Positions 26,501 through 40,228 of a stretch of DNA of 64,000 nt are shown here, piece after piece (positions within the stretch are counted from its first letter, which is position 1; each line of letters begins with the position of its first letter). The position numbers were made by a program, and so were the translations under genes. Location: positions 403,969 to 467,968 of the forward strand of contig JBECUI020000026.1 in NCBI GenBank assembly GCA_040954595.2, in the 5' to 3' direction. Source of the DNA: Balanoglossus misakiensis. Lineage: Eukaryota > Animalia > Hemichordata. Under the pieces are notes generated by a model, which did no database searches, was not told where the DNA came from, and was given only the letters and a program-made list of their open reading frames with translations.

Positions 26501-29500
26501 TACATTCCTATATCTTGGCATCCGGCACAGATACATCCTTGACACTTGGAGTTATGGAACTATGTAATGGAATATTATGTCTTGTCTCATTAATTATGTA
26601 CATACCTAATGCCAGCCTAACCAATAGGGCTGGAAGTCTGCCTTTTTTGGACATGATACATTTGAGATCAACATTTTTCTACAGCAGCCAGCCTTCTCTT
26701 AAAAAGAATGGACAATATAAAGGCTTTGCTGGTATACTGAACTTTTGACTCCCTCCCTGAGACTGTGTGCCAATGACGGGATAGCCTACTCACCGTTGGG
26801 TAGATCCTAAGAAGGCCTCAGCCAGGCATCAGATACAAAAAGCGGAAATCCAAGCTTTAATGGTGGGTTACATCGTTAACTTCCCTGCAGAGCAGACATT
26901 TCTCAGACTGTGAGCCAATGACGGGTAAAGCCCCTAGGTAGGGGCCACCTAAGACAGGCCGGTCATGCTTTAGTCACAAAGAAGGGCAAGTTCAGTCATA
27001 CCATAACTTTGTCTGCTGTATATGCTTCATAATGATTGCATGGTATTTTGAGAATACATTGTCTTAAGGCAGTGTGACCAGCTAAAAAGTACTGGCAAAC
27101 ACAGCCAATGTGTAATAAAAAACATCTAATTTGGCTGAATAAAAGACATAAAACACAGCAAAAGCACTGTGACTAGCTGAGACATAATACTCCATTATGC
27201 ATTTCCATCACTCCAAGTGTCAAGGTTGCATCTGCTCTGGATGCCAAGATATAGTAATGTTGGTCAAGGTTTACCCAAAGTCACCCAAAGTTCTGTCAAA
27301 CAATTTTGACCCCAATGTTGTCCATGTTTAGGTTTCTCCCTCCACTGGATAGCCTACAATTAGATATGCAAATATTTAATGACGTTACCATAGATTAAGG
27401 CGGTCCTAAATTAACCATGAAATTATAGTTTCATGTTAATTCTTGTTATTACAAAACACTGTATCTATAACCCTTCTGGAAGCCATACTTTTTTTCATGC
27501 TACCCAATATGTGAAAGTAGGTAAAAAATCAGCCAAGGTTATTTGAAATTTTGCTGAAAAAAATCCGGTCCCTGACATTTGGTAAAGGAGTCAAGACACT
27601 TGGCAACAAATTTTTGTCCCAGATTAGAACATATTCATAAAAAACTCAGGGAAAGAAGGAAGTTTTTCACAGCTTTGGTGCTTCAAATAGTAGAGAGGTT
27701 CCCAAGTTATTTCAATGAAACCTTAATGTCAACATTACATCGTTAGACTCGAACTCATCTGGCATAAAGCTGCTAGTTAAAGCCCTAAGGGTTGTGCCAC
27801 TTTTTCATTATTTTCATCTAAGATTTGTCAATCTAAATAAGCTTACTGCTAGGTATACATCTACATGAACATCTTGTTGACAGACGATTGTGGCTGTAAT
27901 TTAAAGAAGTCAGATATTTAACAGGTACCACACCTGTTTAATCTGCCTCTATACAAAGGGTACACATCTATAGTGGTATGCATCACCTAGATATGACAAA
28001 CATAAGCACTACAAGTAATATGGCTTTATGGTGGCGATTTTGAAGGATGTGGAGAAGATTTGAAAAACACTCTTGAGGAAAAAGATGTGTTAAATCTTTG
28101 AAATGTGTTTTATTCTTTGGTTCCCATTTCGTATATGTCTATCTACCACTGGGACCAATGTGAAATTGGTGGAAACTGGTCAAATTGCTTTAGAAATTGG
28201 TGTGTATTCATTTTGAGACCTCATGGATTTTTTTTCATTTTTAGCTCACGTGAAAATCACGTGAGCTTATGGTTTAGCGATGTCTGTGTGTGTGTGTGTG
28301 TATGTATGTATGTGTGTGTGTGTCTGTCTGTATACCCGATATCTCAAGAACCGCTGAACCGATTTCAACCAAATTTAGTACACAGGTTCAGATATCATAT
28401 GGCAAGAACTGAAAATGTTTTGGTGGGTGTGGCTTTGATATTAATGAAGTTATTTAAGTTTTAATTTTTCTATTACATGGTTGTCTATGTGAGCTTTCGT
28501 TAATGCCCAGTGGAAACGATAGTTTGAGGAGATCGACTGTTTGAGGGCGCTGTGAAATGAGACATTCCTGGCGATATTGCCGTTGTTCTGTCCATGCTCA
28601 GACGATGTACCCGTCGTTACGAATAACTTCCCTACGTGAATCCACAAGGAAGCTAACGTTGTTTAGTTGCTTCATAGAGCGTAAATTGTTAATCTACAGG
28701 ACTGTCAGACGAATACTCTTTTCAAATGAAGTTTGAAACTACTTACGAGTAAGTTAGTGGAGACAATATGGCGGATAGTTGGCGTGCAGCCGAATCCGTG
28801 TTATGACTATGACGTGACCCATTCATCAAGACAAACCGTAAATGATTCACACATATTGTGGTCCTCACGCAGTCAATCTCAAAATGTCACCAGGTTTTCT
28901 ATTTGTCTATTGTTCAGAGAAAAATAACGTGGCGGTTGATCACACTCAACAGTAAAATCCGTTTTGTGAGTTTATATACAGTCTGTTATCGCCAATACTA
29001 TATAGCGATTGCTAGATGGCTTACCCAATATGTGATCGAGCGAGAATGATAACATTGAATGTCTGTTCAGATCTCATTCCGTACGTCATACGTCAACATT
29101 TCGATTTCGATTTAATCCATTCATAAAGAATTTAGAGAAAGTCGTCTTGAATTGTGACCCCGACTATCAATTTTACGATGATTTTTTGGCGACGGAATAC
29201 ACGAGACGCCATTGCATAACTACGTCAGCTGGACTTCCAAGGTTAACATTTTGTGTGTATGGAATCTTATCACAGAGACTACGTACTTTGACAATATGCC
29301 ATGCTATATCAATGACGCCCCAGAAAATTTGTCGAAAAATGAATTTGTCTTCTCATGGTGGTGCAATATATTTTAATGTCTATTTTGAGGTTGATTTTGG
29401 TTTTTGGCTAACATGTATATCAATGTCAGCTTATAGCATAAGTTGGTGTCCGTCGTCTATGTATGTCTGTATGTGTGCCTCATACAGAATTATGTATTTT

Positions 29501-32500
29501 GCGAATGGATCAGTTTCGTCTAAATGTATTGATGTATGTATGTGTATGTCCATCAACATCAAAAACTTGAAACTACTGATATTTAGTGTGTACATAGAAA
29601 TTGTTATTGCGAAAAAATGCATACTGGTATTAACTGGAAAAATGTTCAAATAGTCAAAATTGAAAAACTTAATAACAGCGGATCAGATTCAGTTAAAAAT
29701 TGGCGTGCATTGGTGTGCAAGTACTATGGGAAGACCTCGTATGATTTTGTTCAGGTGGAGTCAGTATCTGGCGTTTGCTATTTTTTATGAATGTTTGGGG
29801 GAATTTTCTGCAGTTTCGTTTAAAAAAATTCTTCTCTGAAATTACATGTCCAATTGATTGGAAACTTGGTATGGAGGTTCATAGGGCTTACCTGAATCAC
29901 ATTTGTGCAAACGGTGGTGAAATTTGCAAAAATGCATTTTTGGGCAATATTTCCTGTTTTTGTCAAAAGATCAAATCCCGTGAAACTGTAAGTGCAATTG
30001 TTTTGATACTTTGTATTTGGGTTTCTAGGGGTGATCTCAGTCAGATATGATCAAATTGTAAAGAAATTTGCATAATTGTATTTTTTGGGAATTCTGCAGG
30101 GTTTGGCCAAATAGTCTTCAGTGAAACCACAAGTCCAATTGATTGGAAACTTTGAATGGGAATTCATATATGTGATATCAGTCAGATTTGTCTGAATTAC
30201 CTGTTGTTTGCCAAAATGTCTTCCTTATTGAAACTTGTTAAAGAGGTTCTTAGGCATGAACAGAAATCAGATTTGTTGAAATCTGGTGAAATTTTCATAC
30301 TTTTTGGTATATTTCTTGCCATTTTTGATCAACGAGTTTTAGAATTCCATAGACTTATCTTTTTATGCAGTTCAGGATGGGGTACATGACTCATAACCCC
30401 TTACAAAAATTGACAAGGCAACAATTCCACAAACATGTTTACATTTCACAATGGTGCAACACACAACCCTTACACCATATACACTATAAACCAAATTGGT
30501 TTAACACTGGTTTTTCTAATCTTGTTATTCTGTCAACCAATCACAGTACTGCACGTGAGCATATTCAGTTAATATCTGGTTTGAAGTATATTTTTGGGGT
30601 GATTTTGGTCAAATACTCAAAAACCTCTACTCACAGTTCTTTGAAATTTGGTTTGCAGGTTCCTAGGTGTGTTATCACGACATTTTAACAAATCCTATGA
30701 TGGAACTGTCAATATAGTTTTTGTGGACAATTTTTGCCATTTTTGTTTGATTGCTTTGCAATTTTTTGTTTTGCAGTTTCCAGGGGATTTTTTTACTGTG
30801 ATATATCATAAATGTTCTGAAAATGAAAAAATTGTATTTTGGGGGCATAAAAAAAATTCTCAGAAAGTGCATGGTTGATCACTTTAAAAGTTTAGTAGTG
30901 AGTTAATGATATGTGCTTCTTTAGAATGATAATTGAATCAAATCATAGCTGAATTAGAGTTTTTGTTTATTTTGTTTGATATTTTTTCCTTATACCTCAA
31001 AAATTGTTATTATAAAAGGGAAATTACCATTACATAGTTGTTTGCAATTAAGGAGGACCCCCTCCCCCACTGAAAATCGTATACACCTTGATCTCTCTAT
31101 GTCTGTATTCATGTCTGTATGTATGTTTTACAAATGTATGCTCCCAATAAGAGTGAAATGATTTTTTTTTATCGTAATACTTCTAAAGTGATTATTTCCT
31201 ATGAGATATGCAGTCTTATTACCTAATCTTTTCTGAAATTCTACCTCATGCTGTGTATGAAAAGTCTAATATATGTCATTGTCAAGATCCCCAAAACAGG
31301 CTGATATAGTATCACATAACATTTGATAAAAGTATCCCAAACAGTGTGGCAATTTTGGTATACAGAAAAAAAACACTAGAATGACAACAGCTACATGTAT
31401 GTAGGCTAGCAATAGGAACACAGATAACAATTCTCCATATTCATTTTTAAATACGATAAGATTCGCTGAAATTGGCACATCTGTGTGCAGGCAAAGTCAG
31501 TTCCAACTCGGCTTGCAAATCGGACCAATGTCTCTTGTTCGCTGAGACTGTATGGTTCTAGTAATAGCTGTAAGAACTTGATCATTGACCAAACTCTTGG
31601 TTCAATTTTGCAACATTTTATGATTTCAAGCTGTACATATTTAACTCCGTTTCAACTATGGTTGGAGGGATAATAATGGAGCCATTTCACTGACAAAATA
31701 GCGCTTAGGGACCATTCAGTTTTTACGGTGGGGGGAGGCTGGCAAAATCCAGGGGGTCACTTAAATTTTGAAATCCAAAAGAGGGAGTCATCTTTTTTTC
31801 AAACGTTTAGGGGGGATGTCATATACATGTACCCACCGATGCTAACTTTGAGTGGAGTGGCAACAGTAAAATTGGTCCTTTCAAACATTGAGATACATGT
31901 AATTTGCTTTTGACTTCATTAAAATGCAACTTTGAGCTACATATTTTACAAAGTTTTCTTATGTGGAAGGAGGACATCCCCTCCCACACCCATCCCCTTA
32001 TTTCTTCGCCACATATAGTGTACCAGGGCAGAATACTTGCCATCCCACCCCCACTGATGTTAACTTTGAGTGGCAAAAGTCAAATTTGTCCTCCCCAACA
32101 TTAAGTTAATTTGCCTTTGAGTTCATTAAAATGCATTAATTGTATTTTACAAAATTGTCCTACGTACACCCACCCCTTCCACTTTTCTTGTTTTACCAAT
32201 TCTACCAACTATTGTATTGACGTGTCCTTTTAATTTATCCATAGACCTTCTTTATTGCAACGCTATACTATTATACACTTCAAATTATAAATTTCTTTAA
32301 GAAATTTAGAATTGAGGTGTGAGGAGACCCTTTACCTTTATTGCATACAGTCAGTGTACATAAGATAAGGATGGCGAATGTTTTCGGGGTGGGAGGAGGG
32401 TCATCATATTTTGGTCCTGTCAAAGGGGGGGGGGGGTCATCATTTTTTTGGTCCTGGTTGAAGGGGGTGTCGGCCTGATTTTGAAAACCAATGACACAAA

Positions 32501-35340
32501 CTTTTGCCCCCCCCCCCTCCACCAAAACTGAACAGTCCCTTACTAAAGGACGTCAATGTCTGTTTACAGTCAAATGCATTGCCATCAGAAAAAAAAAATG
32601 CAAACAATTTCTTATGTTTGTAGTACGCACTTTTTGTATATCTGTAAACTGTGTCTCAGTTGTGAAATTCTAAGGAAATTTGTTCCTTGGGTAGAATAAA
32701 GGATTCTTAAACAAACTTAGTCCTGAAAGCTAAATGGTTACCTCAGAGAAACTGTGTTAAATTTGGTCATCATTGTTTTAAATCACACAAGACATTCCCA
32801 CAGCTAAGTTACTGCAGCAGTCAGTTTCAACTCAGCTTGCAAATTGGGATCATGTCTTGTGTTCATCGAGACTGTCTGTAGTCGAGTTGACAGTCACTAC
32901 AACTGTATTGCAAATATGGCAGGGTTGGGCAACTCTTCCAATTTGCATTTGAACACCTTTTCTGTTTGCGTCAAAATGATGAATAATGTTTCGTTTTCAA
33001 GAATGCCTTAATATGGGCACCCAATACAAGACAACTGCATTGCAAATGGCATTTTCATTCAACTCTCCTGGGTACCTAAAACAATTTCAACATGGTTGAC
33101 ATGGCAATATTAGACAACTGTTCTAATTTGCATAATCCAAAATGGCCGCCAAATTTCTCTAACATGTTAATTTCCCATATTTGTTTTAAATGGTGTGTAA
33201 TATCGAATTTGCAGGGTTTCCATTAATATGGGTACCTAAAACAATTTCAACATGGTTGACATGGCAATATTAGACAACTGCTCTAATTTGCATAATTCAA
33301 ACACCTGCTGGATAATTTAACTTTTGCCATTCTTGTCCCATGATTGTATGTATTATATCTCATAACAGGCAATTAAGTGTGCTAATTGTCAAGCCAATCT
33401 TAATTCTTCATCTGCACCACAAATCAGATGCAAGGTTTAGGACTGGGAGTGTATGTGGGAGCAGCATATAGGGGCCTACAGGTATCTTTAATGGCAAGTC
33501 CTCGGTTAAAGCCAGAAGGTTTTCAGGTTGTAGGCCTCTATTGTATCTACAACAGTTTCTATCACCTCCATCCCACTGGCCGGCACCCGAGGGGGGGGGG
33601 GGGTACTTGAAATTTTTTCGGATGGTAGTCTGTCGCCCCAGTCGATAACATCAACACGTGTAAATGCCCAAAACCCGACCTATTTGTATTATAAGTCAAA
33701 TTTTCTGGTCATTTACCCCAAGTTTTTCTTAAAGACTACATACCTATACACCTTTGTATGGGAGAACACATCCCCCACCCCCCTGCCAACACTAATTGGA
33801 CAACTTTATTCTTGTTATACTTCTTTATAAGTCAAAATGTTCAGTAAGAAAAGGCAACAAGTTATTGAAGCTGCTGACCATGGAAACTATGATGAAGTAT
33901 ATTTTTTTCCTAGCTGTACACATGTACAGTATAATTGGCCCAATGTACCAATTGGAGATGTGTGCCTTACAAGCAACACAGGTTGTATATCCAAGCCTTG
34001 TCTGTTGGCACTATGAAGGGTATTGGAAGAATGTCTCTGCTGGCCACTTTGGCCAGCCACTTTTGGCCAGCAGACTATCAAAAGGGTCAAGAAAATAGCC
34101 CTAAAAGGTATGGCACTGTATGCAAATCTAGTGCAGGAGTGGATTGATACATTTCCCATCACTGTACATGCATCATCCTGTATGGATGATATGTACTCTA
34201 GCATTATGCACCAGATAAAAATGGTCAAAATTGCAAAAAAAAGGAGATGAAACTCCCACTGGCCTTTAACGCAATCCATAGATAAAGAGACAACATGTTC
34301 AGGCATTGGATCTAAACATGGTGGATACTGACGAGGGTGTGGTGAATGATGGTGAATCCCTGGATGTTTTGAGGTCGGAATTCTGAAAAGGATTCCCATC
34401 GTGAGATTGAGGAACAGGATGATGCAGAGGGGCTGGCTCTTTGTGAGTGGGGATAGACATATATTTGGGATACAGAGGTTGCACTTCCTTGCTTCATGAT
34501 TAGTACGGTAACACTGCCAAATTTGCAACACAGTTGTATTGTTAAAGGTACCCATATGAATGTGCTAATCCTGAAAATACGATATTGCGCATCATTTTGG
34601 GAAACATGGCAAAATTTCACTTTTAGTGGTGATTGGCGGCCATTTTTGATTATGCAAAATAGAAAAGTTGCCAAACACTGCCATATTTGCAATACATAAC
34701 CAATATGGATGCAAATCCTGAAATTTTAGATATTACACATAATTTTGAGAAAAAAGGGCCAAGTTTTATTTTAGAGAAGGTATTTGGCGGCCATTTTTGA
34801 TCATGCATATTAGAAGAATTGTCCAACATTGCCATTTTGGCAACTCAGCTGGAATAGGTCTAGGCTCGCATATGAATGCCAATAAGCAAAAAACTTCATA
34901 GGAAAGAAAATTTCTAGGTAGGAAAATTTTGACTCAACTTCTGGTTCTAATAATAGGTGTAAGGATGTGATCGTTTGATTTTGCAACATTTTACAATTTC
35001 AAGCTGTGTGTATTTAACTCTGGTGCAATTCTGGTTGGAGAGACAAATGGCTTAAGCCATTTAATTGAAAATATAGCACTACTTCACCAGGGTTGTGCAG
35101 TACCTTTGACAACGCTTTGAACAATGTTGCAAAAAGCTTTGTGTTGAAGCTTGCTACAAGACTTGGCGTGCTGAAGCCTCTTATACTAGTCTTAGTTGAA
35201 CCTCAGCTGTAACTACGTTTGTGAAACCTTAACATTCAAATCTTTGGCCAAAGTTAGGGTTGCAAAGCTTCTTCAAAGTTTTGTGAACCTCAACAATGCT
35301 TTTCTATAGAAACCTTTAAACATGCGGGGGGGGGGGGGGG

Positions 35341-38300
35341 TGTAGTATTCTGACAGCTACGATCAATATAGCGCCCTCTAGTGTTGCATTGTTGGTGTTC
35401 CACTTGTTTATGAATTGCTGTACGACGTCACTTCCGCCCAGATAAGGCGAAGCACATTGTTGAGTCTTTTCAGCCGATCGATAAATAGGTTGTTGTTATA
35501 CCTTATGATCGCATTATTATTCCCATGTTGATGGAAACATAACATGGTGGCAGCGGTGAACGTGAGTGATCAGATGTAAGCAGACTTTACACAGTATCGA
35601 CTACACAAGACACCAAAACTACAGAAGAAAAGACCATCGAACTGACCTGACAAGATGGCGGCCGCACTACAAACGCCCTTCACAGCCCCAAAGATGGAAT
35701 GGGACGCGCCAGATCTAGCAATAGCCTTCAGTCGTTTTCGTCAAAAATGTGAGTTAACATTTAAGACAGCACTTAAAGATGCTAACGATGAAGAGAAAGC
35801 TAGCTACATACTTCTATGGTCCGGTGAACCAGGTCTTGACAAATACAACAGTTGGTCGTTTGAAAATGAAGACCAGCGGAAAGACCCCACAGTACTATTC
35901 GACAAATTTTCCGAACACTTAGAGCCGAAGTCGAATCATCGCATACATAGATACCAATTCCAAGATATGAGACAAGACCCTGGAGAACCAGTTGATGATT
36001 TCTTTTCGAAATTGAAAAATGAAGCCGCCAAATGCAAATTTGGGGATACAAATGAACAGGAAGCAAGACTCGTAGATCAGTTGATATGGGGGATCTGTCA
36101 CCAAGAAATACAGAAGAAACTTATTGGGCGTGATGAGAAACTGACCTTGAAGGAGGCGCTCGATATAGCTAGAGGTCACGAAGCCACAACAAAACACATG
36201 AAAACGCTCACAAATTGCCATATTGCTAATCCTGTGGATAGCAAAGCTGTCAACGCAGTAAAAAGGCAGCCCAACAAGACACACCCCAAACAATGTAAGC
36301 ATTGCGGAAAAAAGCATGACACCTCAGTGAAAAGTAACTGCCCAGCATATGGCTCGAAATGCCGAAATTGTGGGAAACCTAATCACTGGCAGGCGGTATG
36401 CCGTTCCAAAACCAGCTCAAGCGAACCGAAGTCACAGCAGAGACGAGGTGGAAAACCAATCCATAATGTGACACGCTCGAGCAGCAACATGCATCAAATA
36501 GATGATGAAGTCCTAGATGTTGGAACTATCGAAATAAATGCATTGGACAACATCAACAGACAAGAAGAAATATACACGAAACTGACAATCACACAGAGCG
36601 AAAAGAAAAGGAAAGTAGCACTGAGATGCAAGATTGATACCGGTGCACAGAGCAATATACTGCCCCTCTGCCTTTTCAAGATCATATTTCCAGAGAAACT
36701 GGATAAACACGGAAATCCAAAACGCGGGCACTTGAAGGAAAATAAAACAATCCTTACCGCATATGGAGGTTCCAAAATCAAACAGCTTGGCACCATCGTC
36801 ATTCCATGTGAACATAGAGAGAGGAAAATCAGATGCCTCTTCTATGTAACTGACGCCGCAGGCCCAGCCATTTTAGGGTTAAAGGCAAGCAGAGCCTTAA
36901 ACCTGATACAAATAAACTGTTCAGTAGAAGCCATACAAGTGCAGGCGAGCCCAGAGTGCAAGACAGCACAGCCTGGAAGAAATGTGGAAGTGGAAAAGAG
37001 AAAGATGAACGAACAGAAGCCAGCAGGAAGAAACAGAAACCCTGCAGATGACTACATAGACAGTAATACACCCATCAGGGACCGCCCTCCCATAAAGAAC
37101 AAAGAACAGTTGCTGAGGATGTACCCTGATTGCTTTGACGACGTGGTCGGATGTTTTGAAAACTACACATACCACATCACTCTTGATCCAGAAGTACAAC
37201 CAGTAGTACACCCTGCCCGCAGAGTTCCATTAGAACTAATGGATAGACTCAAAACCGAGCTGCAGGAGATGGAAGATAAGCAAATCATCGCCAAAGTGAA
37301 CCAGCCTACGAACTGGGTCAATTCTCTTGTTGTCCGGGAGAAAGACAATGGAAGACTTCGCATTTGTCTGGACCCGAAGGACTTGAACAAAGCCATTAAA
37401 AGGGATCATTACCCTACACCCACATTGGAGGAGATTACCCCAAAGTTGGCAGGCGCAACACTTTTCAGCAAGCTAGACGCGCGGAACGGATACTGGAATG
37501 TAAAGATTGATGAAGAACATCCTTCCTGACGACCTTTAACACACCATATGGCCGTTACAGATTCCTACGAATGCCATTTGGGCTAAGGATGAGCCAAGAT
37601 GTGTTTCAATTCAAAATTGATGAAACATACAGAGAGTGTGAAGGTGCAGTCGGCATTGCAGACGATATACAAGTCTTCGGATCAGGAGAGCGACACCATG
37701 ACCTGCATCTACACGAAGCCATGGAACGAACCAGGAAAGCAGGCATTAAACTGAACAAAGAGAAATGCTACATCAAGACAAAAGAATCTAGTTTCTTTGG
37801 CATGTTATACACAGAAGACGGAGTTAAACCCAACCCAGACAAGGTCAAGGCGATAGAGATGATGCATCCGCCTAGAGACAAGACCGAACTGCGCACATTC
37901 CTCGGAATGGTGAACTACATGGGTTCATTCATACCCAGATTAGCTGAACACACAGCACCACTGAGAGAGCTCATCAGAGACGACACTGAGTTTGAGTGGT
38001 CTCCGACACACACAAAGTCTTTCAATATGATCAAGGACCTGATCAGCACAAAGACTACACTTGCTTACTACGACCGTAAGAAGCCTGTCACTCTACAAGT
38101 CGACGCATCGGGAAAGGGAATCGGAGCGGTGCTCATACAGGAACAGAGACCTATAGCATTTGCGTCCAAGGCCCTGACACCAGCGGAAACCCGATACGCC
38201 AATATAGAAAGAGAACTACTCGCGGTAGTCTACGGATGTGAGAAGTTTCGCACATATCTCTACGGCAGAAGTTTCATAGTAGAGAGTGATCATCGACCGT

Positions 38301-40228
38301 TGGAGCAAATTCAGAGGAAGAATTTGACCAAGGCACCACCCCGATTACAGAGAATGCTGTTGCGCATACAGCCGTATGATTTCACCATACACTACAAGCC
38401 AGGCAAACAGATGATACTTGCCGACGCACTATCTAGACTGTCACCACAAGATCAGAACGAAATCAGTGACATGAAAGTCTAGATACACCACCTGGTGAAG
38501 ATCACACCAATGAGACAGATGGAGATCAAAGAAGAAACTACCAAAGATGAAATTCTTCAATTATTGATCCAGCAAGTCCTGAAAGGATGGCCAGATAGCA
38601 TCAAGGACATTCACGCTGATATTCGACCCTACTGGTCTATTCGAGACGATATCGCTATCGAAGATGGTATTATCCTGATAGGCAGCCGACTCCTCATACC
38701 AGCAGTAATGAGAGATGAAATGCTACAACGCATTCATAGCAGTCACCTGGGGATCGAGAAATGCAAGCTGAGAGCCAGATCCAGCATGTACTGGCCTGGA
38801 ATTTGTAAAGATATAGAGAGACTAGTAACAGGATGCAACGCGTGCCAGAAATTCCAGAATTCCCAGCAGAAGGAACCGATGATTCCAATGGAAATTCCAC
38901 CACGACCGTGGCACACAATTGGAGCAGACCTATTCTACGTGAACCAAACATGGTACATGATAGTTGCTGACTACTACTCCAAGTTCCCCTTCATTAGGAA
39001 ACTTGAAGACCTCAGAGCCAGTACCATTATGAGAGCCCTCCGAATTCTATTTGCAGAGCAAGGAATACCCGAGAAACTAGTTTGTGACAACGGATCTCAG
39101 TTTACAGCTAGAGACTTCCACAGCCTAACTGAGAAGTATGGTTTTGCGATAGTCACATCATCACCATACTATCCCAAAGGGCACGGTTTTATCGAGCGAC
39201 ATGTACAGACCGTGAAGAACATCCTGATGAAGTGCAAAGAGTCCGGAGATGATCCGAATCTAGCATTGTTGGCACTTCGCGCGACTCCATTGAAGTCCAA
39301 CATACCATCACCAGCTGAGTTGCTGAACAGCAGAGCATACAAGACAACTCTCCCAGCCAAAATTCACCCAGCAAGAAACGGGGAGGAAGTTCGTCAATAC
39401 CTGACATCTCAACAGCAGGCCCAGACTTCCAGCCACGACCAGCACTCCAGACAACTACCAGAATTGCTGACAGGTCAACAAGTCCATGTACAAAGCCCAA
39501 TCAGCAAAACATGGAGTCCAGCGAGAGTTGTAGCCCCAGCAAACACACCTAGGTCCTACACCGTGAAGTTAGACAACGTGAAACAAATGCGACGCAACAG
39601 GATCCACATGAAACCAGTCAGCGCAGAACTGAAACCAGCACAGACAGGGGTGGATCAACACAATATTGCACCAGCAGTCACAGACGGAACACCGCCTCAA
39701 CAACCTGCAATGCCAGCGTCACCAGCCCAAGAATCGTTGAGATCAACACGAACCAGAACAAATATACAAAAGCCGTCTCGATACAAAGATTATGTGACTG
39801 ATTGATAGCTTTTTCTGATATTGAGATACGCCATTTGTTCCACAGAAAGTTGAGTTATACAGAGGAAAATTTATCACATTTTTCCCAGAGTATTTTTCAT
39901 GTTCGTTGCGTTTGATTTTGACAAAGACTGATTCAAGATGAATGCAGAGTTTGCACAGGACAATTCACAGTGACATTCGTATTCAAAAAGAGTTTTGAAA
40001 CAATTTATCTTAAAGAAGAGGGGATGTAGTATTCTGACAGCTACGATCAATATAGCGCCCTCTAGTGTTGCATTGTTGGTGTTCCACTTGTTTATGAATT
40101 GCTGTACGACGTCACTTCCGCCCAGATAAGGCGAAGCACATTGTTGAGTCTTTTCAGCCGATCAATAAATAGGTTGTTGTTATACCTTATGATCGCATTA
40201 TTATTCCCATGTTGATGGAAACATAACA
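35341..40228 (+). mobile_element. Ty3/Gypsy LTR retrotransposon (Mag-like), copy B
   Basis: LTRs at 35341-35544 and 40025-40228 (one mismatch), same PBS, PPT and poly-G insertion site as copy A. Confidence 0.98.
35655..39805 (+). pseudogene. gag-pol pseudogene, copy B (single ORF with two lesions)
   Basis: ORFs 35655..37529, 37571..38482 and 38495..39805. A 1-bp deletion near 37517 and CAG>TAG at 38480 relative to copy A. Confidence 0.95.
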
